Shown here: piece by piece, positions 17,313-26,718 of the stretch
Position numbering within the stretch: the stretch's first letter is position 1
Layout: each line of letters begins with the position of its first letter
Assembly (NCBI GenBank): GCA_016875215.1
Contig: VGRX01000003.1
Location: 4,018-68,017, forward strand
Direction: 5' to 3'
Origin: Deltaproteobacteria bacterium
GTDB taxonomy: Bacteria; Myxococcota_A; UBA9042; CAIXZC01
DNA: 64,000 nucleotides
Made by a program: the position numbers and the translations under genes
Notes under the pieces: model-generated
Told to the model about the DNA's origin: nothing
What the model saw: the letters and a program-made list of their open reading frames with translations, nothing else
Database searches by the model: none

Positions 17313-18518
17313 ATGACGGTTCGAGAGGGTGCGAGAGGTCTGCGGATGAACGAGGCAGCGGTCGAGCTGGTCGAGGTTGCCGCACAGCGGTTCAGGCAGG
17401 AGTATGGGTCGCTTCCCGCTGCCGTCGGGTGTGCGCCGGGACGCGTGAACCTCATCGGAGAGCATACGGACTACAGCGGCGGCTACGTGCTGCCCGCTGC
17501 CATCCCGTTCTACACCGTGGTGGCCGCGGGGCCGGGGCGGGGGGACGACAACCGCCTGTTCTCGACCACGTTCGGGCGGACCACGTTCCCGGCCAAGGCC
17601 ATCACACGCCGTGGCACGTTCGACGACTACCTTGCCGGCGCAGTGAAGGAGGCGGGGCTGTCGGGCTGCCCGCTGGATCTCCTGGTGCACAACACGTTGC
17701 CGCCCCAGGCAGGGCTGTCGTCGAGCGCGTCGCTGCTCGTGGCCGCACTGGCCGGTTTCAGCGAGCTCCAGGGAAGGCCGTGGGAGCCGATGGCGGTGGC
17801 GCTGGCCGCACGCCGGGTCGAGAACGAGTTCATCGAAGTGCCGTGCGGCTTCATGGATCAGTTCGCGGTGGCCTGCGGCCGGGAGGACCGGGCGTTGCTG
17901 CTGGACTGCCGGGACAACCGGTTCCTGGAGGTGCAGGCGGCAATCCCCGGCCACAGGTGGCTGGTCGTCTACTCCGGGTTGCGACGTGAGCTGGCCTCCG
18001 GGGGGTACAAGGCCCGGGTCGTTGCGCTCAAGGGGGCCGTGGACAAGGTCGTGAACAAGACCGGGATGGCCCCGGACTTCCTGCGCTGCCACTCCCAGGA
18101 CGACGTGGCGGAGTTGGCGCTGTCAGCGTCACTTCCCGCGATGGAGACCGACCTGATGCGGCACGTGTGTGCGGAAAACGCCCGCGTCCACCTCATGCGC
18201 CACGCGCTGGAACAGGGCGATGCGCAGGCCGTGGGGGTGCTTCTCCAGCTCGGCCACCGCAGCCTGTCCAGGCTGTTCGGGGTCTCGACGCCGCAGCTCG
18301 ACGCACTGGTCCACTACGCTGCCGCTCTGCCCGGAGTGGCCGGCATGCGTCTGACCGGAGCGGGCATGGGGGGAAGCCTGATAGCGCTCGTCCTGGACGA
18401 GCGGGCGGATGAGGCCGCACAGCGTATCCTGGCTTTCGTGCAGGAGAACCTGTCGCCCGACGGAAGCGTGCATCCCATCGACCGTTTCTCCGGAGGAGTC
18501 GAGACATGGAGGCCGTAG
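17313..18518 (+). CDS. galK: Galactokinase (GHMP kinase)
   Basis: Galactokinase signature GRVNLIGEHTDYSGGYVLPAAI and GHMP motif PxGAGMGGSLIALV; start may be the downstream ATG at 17346. Confidence 0.9.
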   Translation: MTVREGARGLRMNEAAVELVEVAAQRFRQEYGSLPAAVGCAPGRVNLIGEHTDYSGGYVLPAAIPFYTVVAAGPGRGDDNRLFSTTFGRTTFPAKAITRRGTFDDYLAGAVKEAGLSGCPLDLLVHNTLPPQAGLSSSASLLVAALAGFSELQGRPWEPMAVALAARRVENEFIEVPCGFMDQFAVACGREDRALLLDCRDNRFLEVQAAIPGHRWLVVYSGLRRELASGGYKARVVALKGAVDKVVNKTGMAPDFLRCHSQDDVAELALSASLPAMETDLMRHVCAENARVHLMRHALEQGDAQAVGVLLQLGHRSLSRLFGVSTPQLDALVHYAAALPGVAGMRLTGAGMGGSLIALVLDERADEAAQRILAFVQENLSPDGSVHPIDRFSGGVETWRP

Positions 18519-19327
18519 TCCTGGCCGGGGGCTTCGCCACCCGCCTGTATCCGCTGACCTTGAACACGGCCAAGCCGCTGCTCGACGTGGCCGGGAAGCC
18601 CGCCATCGCGCACATCCTCGAGCGCCTGTTTCCATTGGCCGGCCGCGGGCTGACCGGAATCGTCGTCGTGGTGCCCGAGAAGTTTGCGAGCGACTTCCGA
18701 ACGACGCTGGCGAGGCCGCGTTCTGCCTCGACGGAGCTGGCCGGGGACTCTCCGTCGGGCTCCCCGGAGGTTTCAGGCGTTGCATCCTGGCCGGTTCCCG
18801 TGCACATCGTCAGCAACGGGGCCATGACCGTGGAACAGAAGCTCGGGGCCGTCGGCGACATGGCCTGGGGGGTCCGCAGCCTGTCCGGGAACGGCCCGTT
18901 CTGGGTGCTGGCCGGCGACAACCTGTTCGACTTCGAGCTCGACGGAGCGGCTGCCCGTTTCGAGGAGGCGGATTGCCGCCCGCTCGTGGTCACGCACCGG
19001 CTCGCGATGCCGGCGGATACCCGCCTCTACAACAACATCCGCCTGTCGCCCGAAGGCTTCATCACCGAGTTCGTGGAGAAGCCGAAAGAACCCTGGTCGC
19101 CGCTTTTCGCCACCTGCATGTACCTTTTCCCCCGCCGCATCATCGGCCGGCTCGAGCAGTTCCTGGCCGAGGGGAACGACCCCGACCGGGCCGGCGATTT
19201 CGTCCGCTGGCTGTTTTCTCGGGAAGAAGTGGTCACCTTCGAGCCGGGCGGGACCTGGTTCGACATCGGCAGCGTGCAGGAGCTCGAAGAGGCGAGCCGG
19301 TTCTTTGCCGGGGGGACCCATGACTAG
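18506..19327 (+). CDS. Sugar-1-phosphate nucleotidylyltransferase (NTP-transferase fold)
   Basis: N-terminal VVLAGGFATRLYPLTLNTAKPLL matches G-x-G-T-R-L nucleotidyltransferase motif; overlaps galK by 13 nt. Confidence 0.85.
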   Translation: MEAVVLAGGFATRLYPLTLNTAKPLLDVAGKPAIAHILERLFPLAGRGLTGIVVVVPEKFASDFRTTLARPRSASTELAGDSPSGSPEVSGVASWPVPVHIVSNGAMTVEQKLGAVGDMAWGVRSLSGNGPFWVLAGDNLFDFELDGAAARFEEADCRPLVVTHRLAMPADTRLYNNIRLSPEGFITEFVEKPKEPWSPLFATCMYLFPRRIIGRLEQFLAEGNDPDRAGDFVRWLFSREEVVTFEPGGTWFDIGSVQELEEASRFFAGGTHD

Positions 19328-20012
19328 GAGCCTGTTGCGAATAGCCTCCTGCTGCGGGAAAGCGACCATCCCGACCTGCCACGTCGCTGCCCCCCGAAAT
19401 CGAGTCAACGTAGGCCGGGACTACGCTTCCTCGCTTTCGGGGCCCCCGCTCCTTGCATCTCGGGCGGTCGCTATCCCTCGCCACGGAGTCAATCTGCAAC
19501 AGGCTCCTGGATGCTTCCTGCTTCTTCTGTTCCTTCTTCTTTCTTCCCCGGCCGTGGCCGGCGAGGGGTACCTCCACGGACAACTCTCCTGGATGTCCGT
19601 GACCCACAGGGACTACGGCCTCGATGCCGGAGCGCTGACCGTCGGCGGAGGCTATTTCGTGGGGGACTTCGCCCTGTTCGAGGCCGGGCTCACCTACGGC
19701 GCCACCGGCCACGACTCCGAGTTCCACCAGCTTGCAGCGGCCGAGCTCTCCTTCCGCCTGCTCGTCGATGCCACCGAGTGGATCCCCTCCGTCGGTCCCG
19801 TCGTGGGCTGGATGTTCCACCACGCCCCAACGCCAGGACCGGAGGGCGGGTTCTACGTCGGCGCCTCGGCCTGTCTGGACCGCAAGACCTCCCGCACCTG
19901 GTCGGTCGGAGCGTGCGGCGAGTATTCCATCTTCCCCCTCGGCGGTACCCTGGAGGGGGCCTATTTCCTCGGCCTCAGGGCCGCCCTGTATCTGCCTGCG
20001 GTGTGGGAGTAG
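19320..20012 (+). CDS. Putative small outer-membrane beta-barrel protein, hypothetical
   Basis: ATG 19320 overlaps stop of upstream gene; hydrophobic signal-like stretch CFLLLLFLLLSSPAVAGE only after ~60 residues, then alternating beta-pattern ending ...YLPAVWE; start uncertain. Confidence 0.45.
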   Translation: MTRSLLRIASCCGKATIPTCHVAAPRNRVNVGRDYASSLSGPPLLASRAVAIPRHGVNLQQAPGCFLLLLFLLLSSPAVAGEGYLHGQLSWMSVTHRDYGLDAGALTVGGGYFVGDFALFEAGLTYGATGHDSEFHQLAAAELSFRLLVDATEWIPSVGPVVGWMFHHAPTPGPEGGFYVGASACLDRKTSRTWSVGACGEYSIFPLGGTLEGAYFLGLRAALYLPAVWE

Positions 20013-20019
20013 ATTCCCC

Positions 20020-22116
20020 TTACGAAATCCTCTGCCCCGGCTTCGCTCCGGTCTCGAGGCCGGCGAGGTAGATGGTGGTGCCTTCAGAGCTGGCAGCCAG
20101 CAGCATCCCATGGGAGGTGCCGAACTTCATCTTGCGGGGGGCGAGGTTGGAGACCACGATGATCTGGCGGCCGACGAGATCCTCGGGCTTGTGCGATTTT
20201 TTGATGCCGGCAAAGATCGTGCGGCGGCCGAGCTGGCCCAGATCGATGAGCAGCTCGACGAGCTTGTCCGCTCCCTCGACGCCTTTGGCTTCGATGATCT
20301 TCGCCACGCGCAGGTCGACCTTGGCAAAGTCGTCGAACGGGATTTCCGCGGACTGGGGCTCGACGGCCGCCGGGGGGGCCTCGGACTGGGGCTCGACGGC
20401 CGCCGGGGGGTTTTCGGCTGCCGGGGTATCGGATCCGGCCGCCTCACCGCCCGCGGCGGCTGCAGCGTCGGCTCCCGCTGGCAGCAGGCCGGACTGGAGG
20501 AGAGCCTCGACGGCTTCGTCCGTCGCTTTGGTGAAGACCGATTCGAACGGGTTGATGGTCCGCTCCTCGAGCCTCTCGTGCACGGCATCCCAGGTCAGGC
20601 CCGTCCGTCCGAGGATCTTCTCGACGCGCTGGCTCATCCGGGGCATGACCGGCGTGAGGAAGACGTTGAGCAGGGCGAACGCGTTGACCGCGGCGGTCAG
20701 GATGTTCCGGGCCTCTTCGGGATCCCCCTTGATCGCGGACCAGGGGGCCGAATTGGCCACGTACTGGTTGGCATCGTGAGCGAGGGCTGCAATGCGCTTC
20801 ATGGCCTTGGCATACTCCCGGCCCTCGTAGAGCTGAGCGATCTCATCGGCCGCCTTCTCCAGCGACTCGACCAGAGCAAGCCCGTCCCCGGTGAGCCTGC
20901 CGAGCCGACCGTCGAGTCGTTTGTGGAGGAACGACACGACCCGGGAGCCGAGGTTTGCAAACTGGTTGCCCAGATCCGCGTTCACCCGGGCCACCAGGTC
21001 CGACATGTTGAGGTCGATGTCCTCGACCCTGGCGGTCAGCTTGCACGCATAGTAGTACCGCAGGTACTCCGGATCGAGATGCTGCAGGTACTGCCGGGCG
21101 GACAGGAACGTGCCGCGGCTCTTGGACATCTTCTGCCCGTTGACGGTCAGGAACCCGTGCACGTATACCCGGTTCGGGGCACGGAAGTCGGCCCCCATGA
21201 GCATCGCCGGCCAGAACAGGGTATGGAAGTACACGATGTCTTTGCCGATGAAATGCACGATCTCGGCATCCGGGTTCAGCCAGAACTCGTCGAACGATCG
21301 GCCGTTGCGATCGCACCAGTTCCGGGTCGAGGCCATGTACCCGATCGGGGCATCCAGCCATACGTAGAAGTACTTGTCCACGGTGCCCGGAATGCGGAAC
21401 CCGAAGTACGGGGCATCGCGGGAAATATCCCAGTCCTTGAGCCCTTCGGCGAACCACTCCCCGAGCTTGTTGCGCATCTCCTCCTGGACCGGTCCGCCGG
21501 CAAGCCACTCCTGGAGCTTCCCCGCAAAGTCACCCAGCCGGAAGAAGTAGTGCTGAGAGCGCTTCGTCTCGGGCGGGGTTCCGCAGATCGAGCAGCGCGC
21601 ATCCTTGAGGTCCGTCGGGTTGTAGGTCGCGGAGCAGACCTCGCACGAGTCGCCGTACTGGTCCGCTGCCTGGCAGTGCGGGCAGGTCCCCCGGATCATC
21701 CGGTCCGGAAGGAACATCCCGTCATGCGGGCACCACGCCTGCTCGATCTCCCGCACGTCGATGTGTCCCTTGTCCTTGAGGCGGCCGTAGATCAGTTCGG
21801 CGTAGTGCCGGTTCTCCTCCGAGTTCGTCGTGTAGTAGTTGTCGAACTCCACCAGGAAGTCGGCGAAATCCCGGGAGTGCTCCCCGTGCATGCGCGACAC
21901 CAGCTCGTCAGGCGTGATCCCCTGTTTGTTTGCCGAAATCATGATCGGAGTGCCGTGGGTGTCGTCCGCACACATGTAGCGGCACTCGTGCCCCCGCAGC
22001 TTCTGGAAGCGAACCCAGATGTCGGTCTGGATGTACTCCACGAGGTGGCCGATGTGGATGCTGCCGTTGGCATAGGGCAGCGCACTCGTGACCAGGATTC
22101 TCCTCTTTCCGTTCAT
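20020..22116 (-). CDS. metG: Methionine--tRNA ligase with C-terminal tRNA-binding (EMAP/Trbp111-like) domain
   Basis: HIGH motif (PYANGSIHIGH), zinc knuckles CPHC...CEVC, KMSKS (KMSKSRGT), C-terminal KVDLRVAKIIEAK...; start set at ATG 22116 (MNGKRRILVTSALPYANG) with RBS GGAGGAG rather than track start 22158. Confidence 0.95.
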   Translation of the reverse strand: MNGKRRILVTSALPYANGSIHIGHLVEYIQTDIWVRFQKLRGHECRYMCADDTHGTPIMISANKQGITPDELVSRMHGEHSRDFADFLVEFDNYYTTNSEENRHYAELIYGRLKDKGHIDVREIEQAWCPHDGMFLPDRMIRGTCPHCQAADQYGDSCEVCSATYNPTDLKDARCSICGTPPETKRSQHYFFRLGDFAGKLQEWLAGGPVQEEMRNKLGEWFAEGLKDWDISRDAPYFGFRIPGTVDKYFYVWLDAPIGYMASTRNWCDRNGRSFDEFWLNPDAEIVHFIGKDIVYFHTLFWPAMLMGADFRAPNRVYVHGFLTVNGQKMSKSRGTFLSARQYLQHLDPEYLRYYYACKLTARVEDIDLNMSDLVARVNADLGNQFANLGSRVVSFLHKRLDGRLGRLTGDGLALVESLEKAADEIAQLYEGREYAKAMKRIAALAHDANQYVANSAPWSAIKGDPEEARNILTAAVNAFALLNVFLTPVMPRMSQRVEKILGRTGLTWDAVHERLEERTINPFESVFTKATDEAVEALLQSGLLPAGADAAAAAGGEAAGSDTPAAENPPAAVEPQSEAPPAAVEPQSAEIPFDDFAKVDLRVAKIIEAKGVEGADKLVELLIDLGQLGRRTIFAGIKKSHKPEDLVGRQIIVVSNLAPRKMKFGTSHGMLLAASSEGTTIYLAGLETGAKPGQRIS

Positions 22117-22154
22117 TGTCTCCTCCTGATTCTTCCGGGGAAGGTCTTCCCTCC

Positions 22155-23000
22155 TCATCCACGACGCCGCATGGCAATCGTGCCGCCGTACTGGAGCAGC
22201 ATCAGCGTGCGCAGCACGGGGTGGCTTCTCGCCGCGGCGATGATCCGGCGCATGAGCGGGGCCGTGAGGCCCTGGAATTCGCCGGGGTCGATGAGGTCGA
22301 GGACCGAGTAGAAATGGGCGAAGCCGGCATCACGTCCCAGGCGGCACAGGTCGGCAAAGGAGAACCAGTGCACCGCGGGACGCGGGGTGTAGTTGGCGAG
22401 GCTCGGGTCGAAGTGGAGGTGGAAGAACACGTACGACTCACGAAGAATCCCCGGCAGCCAATGGAAGAACGGGACGTTGAACTCCGCCTCCTTCCACGGA
22501 GGGTAGGGCCGCAAACGGTTCGTCGTCCCGATCCAGGCGATTCCGCCAGGCCTCAGCACTCGATGCATTTCCGCCAGCGAGCGCGGGACCGAGTCCACGT
22601 GCTCGAGCACCGACTCGGCCAACACCAGGTCGACCTCCCCGGCTTCGAACGGCAGCTCCTCCGCCGCACCGCTCCGGACCGCCTCCGGACTACCCAGGTA
22701 CTCCACCGCCGCCTCGACCGACCCGGCGACCGGCTCGACCCCAACCGCATCGTGACCGAGCTCCCGCAGCCGTCTGACGGTCTGCGGGTTGGGGCCGCAC
22801 CCTACGACCGCGATCCTTCGAGGAGGCGTGACGTCCATCAGCCGGGACAGCCGCCCGACCAGCCGATCCACGAACCAGGTCCGGTCGGTCCCCGAAAGCT
22901 GCGCCTCGAACCACTCCACCCCGAGCCGCTCCAGATCCGGATACCCGTCGCTGAGCCGGCGGTTCGAGTAGAGAACGTCCCGATGTCGCTCGTGTTTCAT
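22155..23000 (-). CDS. Class I SAM-dependent methyltransferase
   Basis: Motif I VVGCGPNPQT, acidic motif II; 38 nt upstream of metG on same strand. Confidence 0.8.
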   Translation of the reverse strand: MKHERHRDVLYSNRRLSDGYPDLERLGVEWFEAQLSGTDRTWFVDRLVGRLSRLMDVTPPRRIAVVGCGPNPQTVRRLRELGHDAVGVEPVAGSVEAAVEYLGSPEAVRSGAAEELPFEAGEVDLVLAESVLEHVDSVPRSLAEMHRVLRPGGIAWIGTTNRLRPYPPWKEAEFNVPFFHWLPGILRESYVFFHLHFDPSLANYTPRPAVHWFSFADLCRLGRDAGFAHFYSVLDLIDPGEFQGLTAPLMRRIIAAARSHPVLRTLMLLQYGGTIAMRRRG

Positions 23001-23155
23001 GCCCTCGTCTGCTCCCCGGCGCGGACCGTCGGAGCGGCTCGTCCCCGGCCAGAAGTCGCTGGCAGACTACACCAGGGCACAAGCCAAATCAACTGGCTGC
23101 AAACCCCGGATCGCAACCGATCGCTGCTGGGTTGCCGAGCAGGCCTGTTTCGCGA

Positions 23156-23185
23156 TTGACACCGCCGCCGCCCCTACTCTATACT
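23156..23185 (+). promoter_or_regulatory. Near-consensus sigma70 promoter TTGACA-N18-TATACT upstream of YD-repeat lipoprotein gene
   Basis: Perfect -35 hexamer and good -10, ~45 nt before ATG 23231; second TTGACA at 23203. Confidence 0.4.
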
Positions 23186-23230
23186 CCGGGCATTGATGTG
23201 TCTTGACAGCCGACGGAAGGAGGATTTCCG

Positions 23231-25084
23231 ATGGTTCAGCGATTGGGTATCGGGTTTGCTTTGGTACTGATGCTGGTAGCGTGCGGGAAGGGCGAGCAGG
23301 TCACTCGGGAAGGCTACAAGGCAACGGCCGCAGCCAAGGGGGAAGCGACCGAGGACGGCCAGAAGATCCGCGCCAAGCTCGACGAGGCCGCCAAGACCGC
23401 TCAGGGCTCCCTCGTGAAGGAAGAGGTCGCCAAACCGCCGCTCGTCACCGAGTACTACCTGCTCACCGAGGCCTACAGCGCCACAGGGTTCCGCCCCGAG
23501 GCCCTCAAGAAGAAGCTCACCGAGGACCAGATAAAGGGAAAGGAATACGTGAAGCTCGTCAAGTACAATGATATGCCTGAAAATGCCGATATTTATGACG
23601 ACATGGGTAATCATTTGTATATCATCTCGTACCTGTGGGATTCTGACTTCAACGTGTACGGCTGCGTTGAGAAGTCGTCCAATGACCGCATGTTGGCCAT
23701 GCACCTCTTCTGCAAGGGGGAATCCGACATGTATGTGCACGACCTGAGCACCTTCCGGGTCCATGCTCCGTTCGTGCGGAAGATCATCACGCTCGAGAAC
23801 TCGCTGACCGTCGAGCTCCGGGACGGCCACAATGCCAAGGGCGAGCTGGACGCGTGGCCCGAGTGCAAGGACGTGACGGAGTGGCAGGAGAAGGCCGGGA
23901 CCTACCAATCCCCGTTCGGGGTATCCAAAGAGGTCTACAATTTCGATGCCGACGGCAACCTGGTGATGAGCGCCCGGTATGACCTCAAGGGGGCGCTGGT
24001 CGAGGACATCAACGGCGTGGCCAAACGTGAGGTGGCCTGGGAGAACGGTCTCATCACCCAGGAGTCGTTCTACTCGGCCGACGAGCTGCTGGCGCGCTAC
24101 GTGATGGAGCACGACGACAAGGGCAACGTCACCCGCAAGAGCGCACAGACCCAGGACGGCCAGAAGGCGGCGGACTACTTCGGGATCTCGGTCTACGAGT
24201 ACGAGCGGGACAAGCGCGGCCGGACCACCCGCGAGGTGCGCAAGGACGTGGCGGACCGGATCGTCGAGGTGCATGAGTACACCTACGCCAAGTACAACCA
24301 GGTGGAGACGCACAAGGTCCTCGACGGCCAGGGGACCGTGCTGACCAGCTTCGTATCGGGCTACAACAAGAAGGGCGCCCGCACCGACCTCTCGGTGTAC
24401 GAAGGGGAGGCCAAGGACGGGAAGCTGAAGGCCGATTTCAACGGCGTCGCCCTGTACCGCTTCGACTACACCGACAAGGGCAAGCTGCTGCAGGAGAGCC
24501 GCCACGGGACCACCCAGGTGGTGGACAAGGACGGCAAGCAGGACTACCAGCTCGTCAATGCGCTGGACGGGTGGGCGCTGCTCGCCAATGCGTACGACAA
24601 GGATGGGAAGCACGAATCCTCCACCGCGGTGAAGGTGGACGGGCTCGGAAACAGGGTGTTCGAGGAGTTCTCGGACATGGACGGCGTCCTGGTGCACCGG
24701 ATCGAGCGCAAGTTCGACGGGCCGACGCTGACCGGCTCGGTCAAGACGACCCTTACCCGGGAAGGGGTGCCGGAGAAGAGGTTCCTCCTGGATCCGCAGG
24801 ACAAGGTCTTGATGGTAGGCGTGATGCAGCACAACTCGGATGGGCTGCTCCTGGAGATTGCGTTCTACCTGGAGGACGGGACCACGCCGCAGCTTTCTCC
24901 CGACGGATTCCACAAGCTGGTCAAGGCCTATGACGAGGACGGGAAGATCAAGTCCGAGACCTGCTTCGACGTGACCGGCCTGAAGCTCAAGACCACGATG
25001 TACGAGTATGCGGAAGACGGTACCCTCAAGGGGACCAAGACCTACGATGCCGAGGGGAAGGAGATCACCGTTCCTGCGGCGTGA
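23231..25084 (+). CDS. Lipoprotein with YD/RHS-type repeats (617 aa), no toxin C-terminus
   Basis: Lipobox LVACG; at least 8 repeats of YxYxxxGxxT type (YEYERDKRGRTTRE, YTYAKYNQVETHKV, YRFDYTDKGKLLQE, YEYAEDGTLKGTKTYDAEGKE); AT-rich patch 23540-23700. Confidence 0.7.
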   Translation: MVQRLGIGFALVLMLVACGKGEQVTREGYKATAAAKGEATEDGQKIRAKLDEAAKTAQGSLVKEEVAKPPLVTEYYLLTEAYSATGFRPEALKKKLTEDQIKGKEYVKLVKYNDMPENADIYDDMGNHLYIISYLWDSDFNVYGCVEKSSNDRMLAMHLFCKGESDMYVHDLSTFRVHAPFVRKIITLENSLTVELRDGHNAKGELDAWPECKDVTEWQEKAGTYQSPFGVSKEVYNFDADGNLVMSARYDLKGALVEDINGVAKREVAWENGLITQESFYSADELLARYVMEHDDKGNVTRKSAQTQDGQKAADYFGISVYEYERDKRGRTTREVRKDVADRIVEVHEYTYAKYNQVETHKVLDGQGTVLTSFVSGYNKKGARTDLSVYEGEAKDGKLKADFNGVALYRFDYTDKGKLLQESRHGTTQVVDKDGKQDYQLVNALDGWALLANAYDKDGKHESSTAVKVDGLGNRVFEEFSDMDGVLVHRIERKFDGPTLTGSVKTTLTREGVPEKRFLLDPQDKVLMVGVMQHNSDGLLLEIAFYLEDGTTPQLSPDGFHKLVKAYDEDGKIKSETCFDVTGLKLKTTMYEYAEDGTLKGTKTYDAEGKEITVPAA

Positions 25085-26153
25085 TGCCGGTTTCCACCGG
25101 GACGAATTCCTCGAATCCGAACCGTTCGATGTAGTTGTTCCAGACACCGTCGCATAGGGGGTCGTACGCGCACCGGGCGCACTCGGGCCTTTTGGACTTG
25201 CGGGCTTGTTCGAGCAGGTCCCTGTGCCGAACCACGAGCCCGTCGGGAGGCTGCCGGGTCGAGTCGTGGGGTTCGAGAACCCGCAGCTTGACCTCGGCTC
25301 CGCCGGAGCGGATGGGTTGCCCGCGGGGGCGCCGGCCCAGTGCCCCGGAATCGCCGCTGTCGCGTTCGAAATGGACGTAGCGCTCGACGTATCCGCGAAC
25401 GTTGTCGGGAATCCCGCAGCCTTCGGTCGTGCAGTAGGGGATGTCCACCAGGTAGATGGGCAGCTCCTCGCCCGCGTGTCGGGCGAAGAAGGTACCCAGC
25501 ACCTGTGCGGTATCCCGGTAGCGCATCATGAGCGAGTCGAAGTGGGCCTGGCCGCGGCCGAACGGCTGCATCACGTTGAACACCATCTGGCGGGCCAGGG
25601 GGCGCAGGAGCGCAAGCAGGCTCTCGATGCGCTCCTGCGTCGCGTTGCGGCGGTTCAGCACGGTGCTGGTGTGGATGCGCAGCGGCTGCTTTCGTGCCAG
25701 CTCGGCCAGGTTGCGCAGCCCGGCAAGCGCCTGGTCGAATGCACCGGGGGTGCGGGTGAGCCCGTCATGGATGCGGGGCTCGGAGCCGTGGATCGAGACG
25801 ATGACCAGGTTGAGCCCGGCAGCGACAGCCCGGGTTGCGAACGGCTCGTACGAGAAGCGGCGGCCGTTGGAGATCACGCCGATGCTCTGGAAGCCGGCCT
25901 CCCGGGCCCAGCGGACGTAGCGGAGGAACTCGGGGTTCAAGGTCGGCTCGCCCGAGACGAACATGACCTCCCGCCGGTGGCAATTGGCCTGCAGTATCGT
26001 CCGGACCTGCTCCGGGGTCACGTTGGAGACGCGGTCGAAGCGGCCCTGGCGATCGTCCTCCATGCAGAAGATGCAGTTGTTGTTGCAGAACGCTCCGACA
26101 TCGACGTGGAGTCGCTCGTTCAGGTCGATATCGAGGACAGGGGGACGGTTCAC
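25065..26153 (-). CDS. Radical SAM enzyme with C-terminal Cys-rich (twitch/SPASM-like) domain, function unknown
   Basis: CNNNCIFC (CxxxCxxC) cluster motif, GEPTL SAM-binding motif, C-terminal cysteines CTTEGCG and CARCAYDPLCDGVW; ATGA overlap with upstream IscU-like gene. Confidence 0.85.
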   Translation of the reverse strand: MNRPPVLDIDLNERLHVDVGAFCNNNCIFCMEDDRQGRFDRVSNVTPEQVRTILQANCHRREVMFVSGEPTLNPEFLRYVRWAREAGFQSIGVISNGRRFSYEPFATRAVAAGLNLVIVSIHGSEPRIHDGLTRTPGAFDQALAGLRNLAELARKQPLRIHTSTVLNRRNATQERIESLLALLRPLARQMVFNVMQPFGRGQAHFDSLMMRYRDTAQVLGTFFARHAGEELPIYLVDIPYCTTEGCGIPDNVRGYVERYVHFERDSGDSGALGRRPRGQPIRSGGAEVKLRVLEPHDSTRQPPDGLVVRHRDLLEQARKSKRPECARCAYDPLCDGVWNNYIERFGFEEFVPVETGITPQER

Positions 26154-26542
26154 GGGCGGTCCCCACGCTCCCGGAGCCTGCCCAGGGCCTCGGCGAGGGC
26201 CGCGGGTCCGGTTGCGGCGCAGGCCTTCTTCCCGTCCGGGATTCCGTCCAGGAAGTCACACAGGTCGTCCAGGGTGATCGTCTCGGCCTCCGAGAACGAC
26301 CTGCCCTGGGCCAGCACCGTCGTGGCGCTTGCCCCGGCTACGGCAGCCGCACATCCCTGCGTCTTGAAGCGAGCCTGAGTGATTCGCCCGTGTGCCACAG
26401 TCAGCGTGATGACCGTCATGTCGTTGCAGGCCGGGTTGACCGCTTCGCCCGATGCATGGCACGGATCCGCGGTCCCGGCGTTGTGCGGCGAAAGGAAGAG
26501 CGAAAGCAGCCTGCGGGAGAAGAAGCTTCCCGTCATGCCCAC
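26150..26542 (-). CDS. NifU/IscU-like Fe-S cluster assembly scaffold protein
   Basis: LSPHNAG (cf PRNVG), conserved Cys in ADPCHASGE, and RFKTQGCAAAVAGAS (cf KFKTFGCGSAIASSS) scaffold motifs. Confidence 0.75.
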   Translation of the reverse strand: MGMTGSFFSRRLLSLFLSPHNAGTADPCHASGEAVNPACNDMTVITLTVAHGRITQARFKTQGCAAAVAGASATTVLAQGRSFSEAETITLDDLCDFLDGIPDGKKACAATGPAALAEALGRLRERGDRP

Positions 26543-26648
26543 CTCCTGGAACGGAATAGTAGCAGGAAACGGGGGCCGGGGTCCAGGGCCTGGGGGCCCG
26601 GGAAAGACAACCGAAAAGAACGGGATCTTCCCACGCGGCCGGGGTTTT

Positions 26649-26678
26649 CAATCCGCAATCGGCAATCCGCAATCCGCA
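26649..26678. repeat. Heptamer tandem repeat (CAATCCG CAATCGG CAATCCG CAATCCG) in the leader of the iscU-like/radical-SAM operon
   Basis: Read directly; ~110 nt upstream of the IscU-like start on the minus strand. Confidence 0.8.
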
Positions 26679-26718
26679 TGCCGGTCTCCGCCATGATTGC
26701 CGGACAACAGGATCCTGT

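Noticed and set aside
20330-20420. ~33-bp direct repeat inside metG
   Set aside because: It simply encodes a duplicated PPAAVEPQSEA linker segment between the catalytic and tRNA-binding domains; not a separate element
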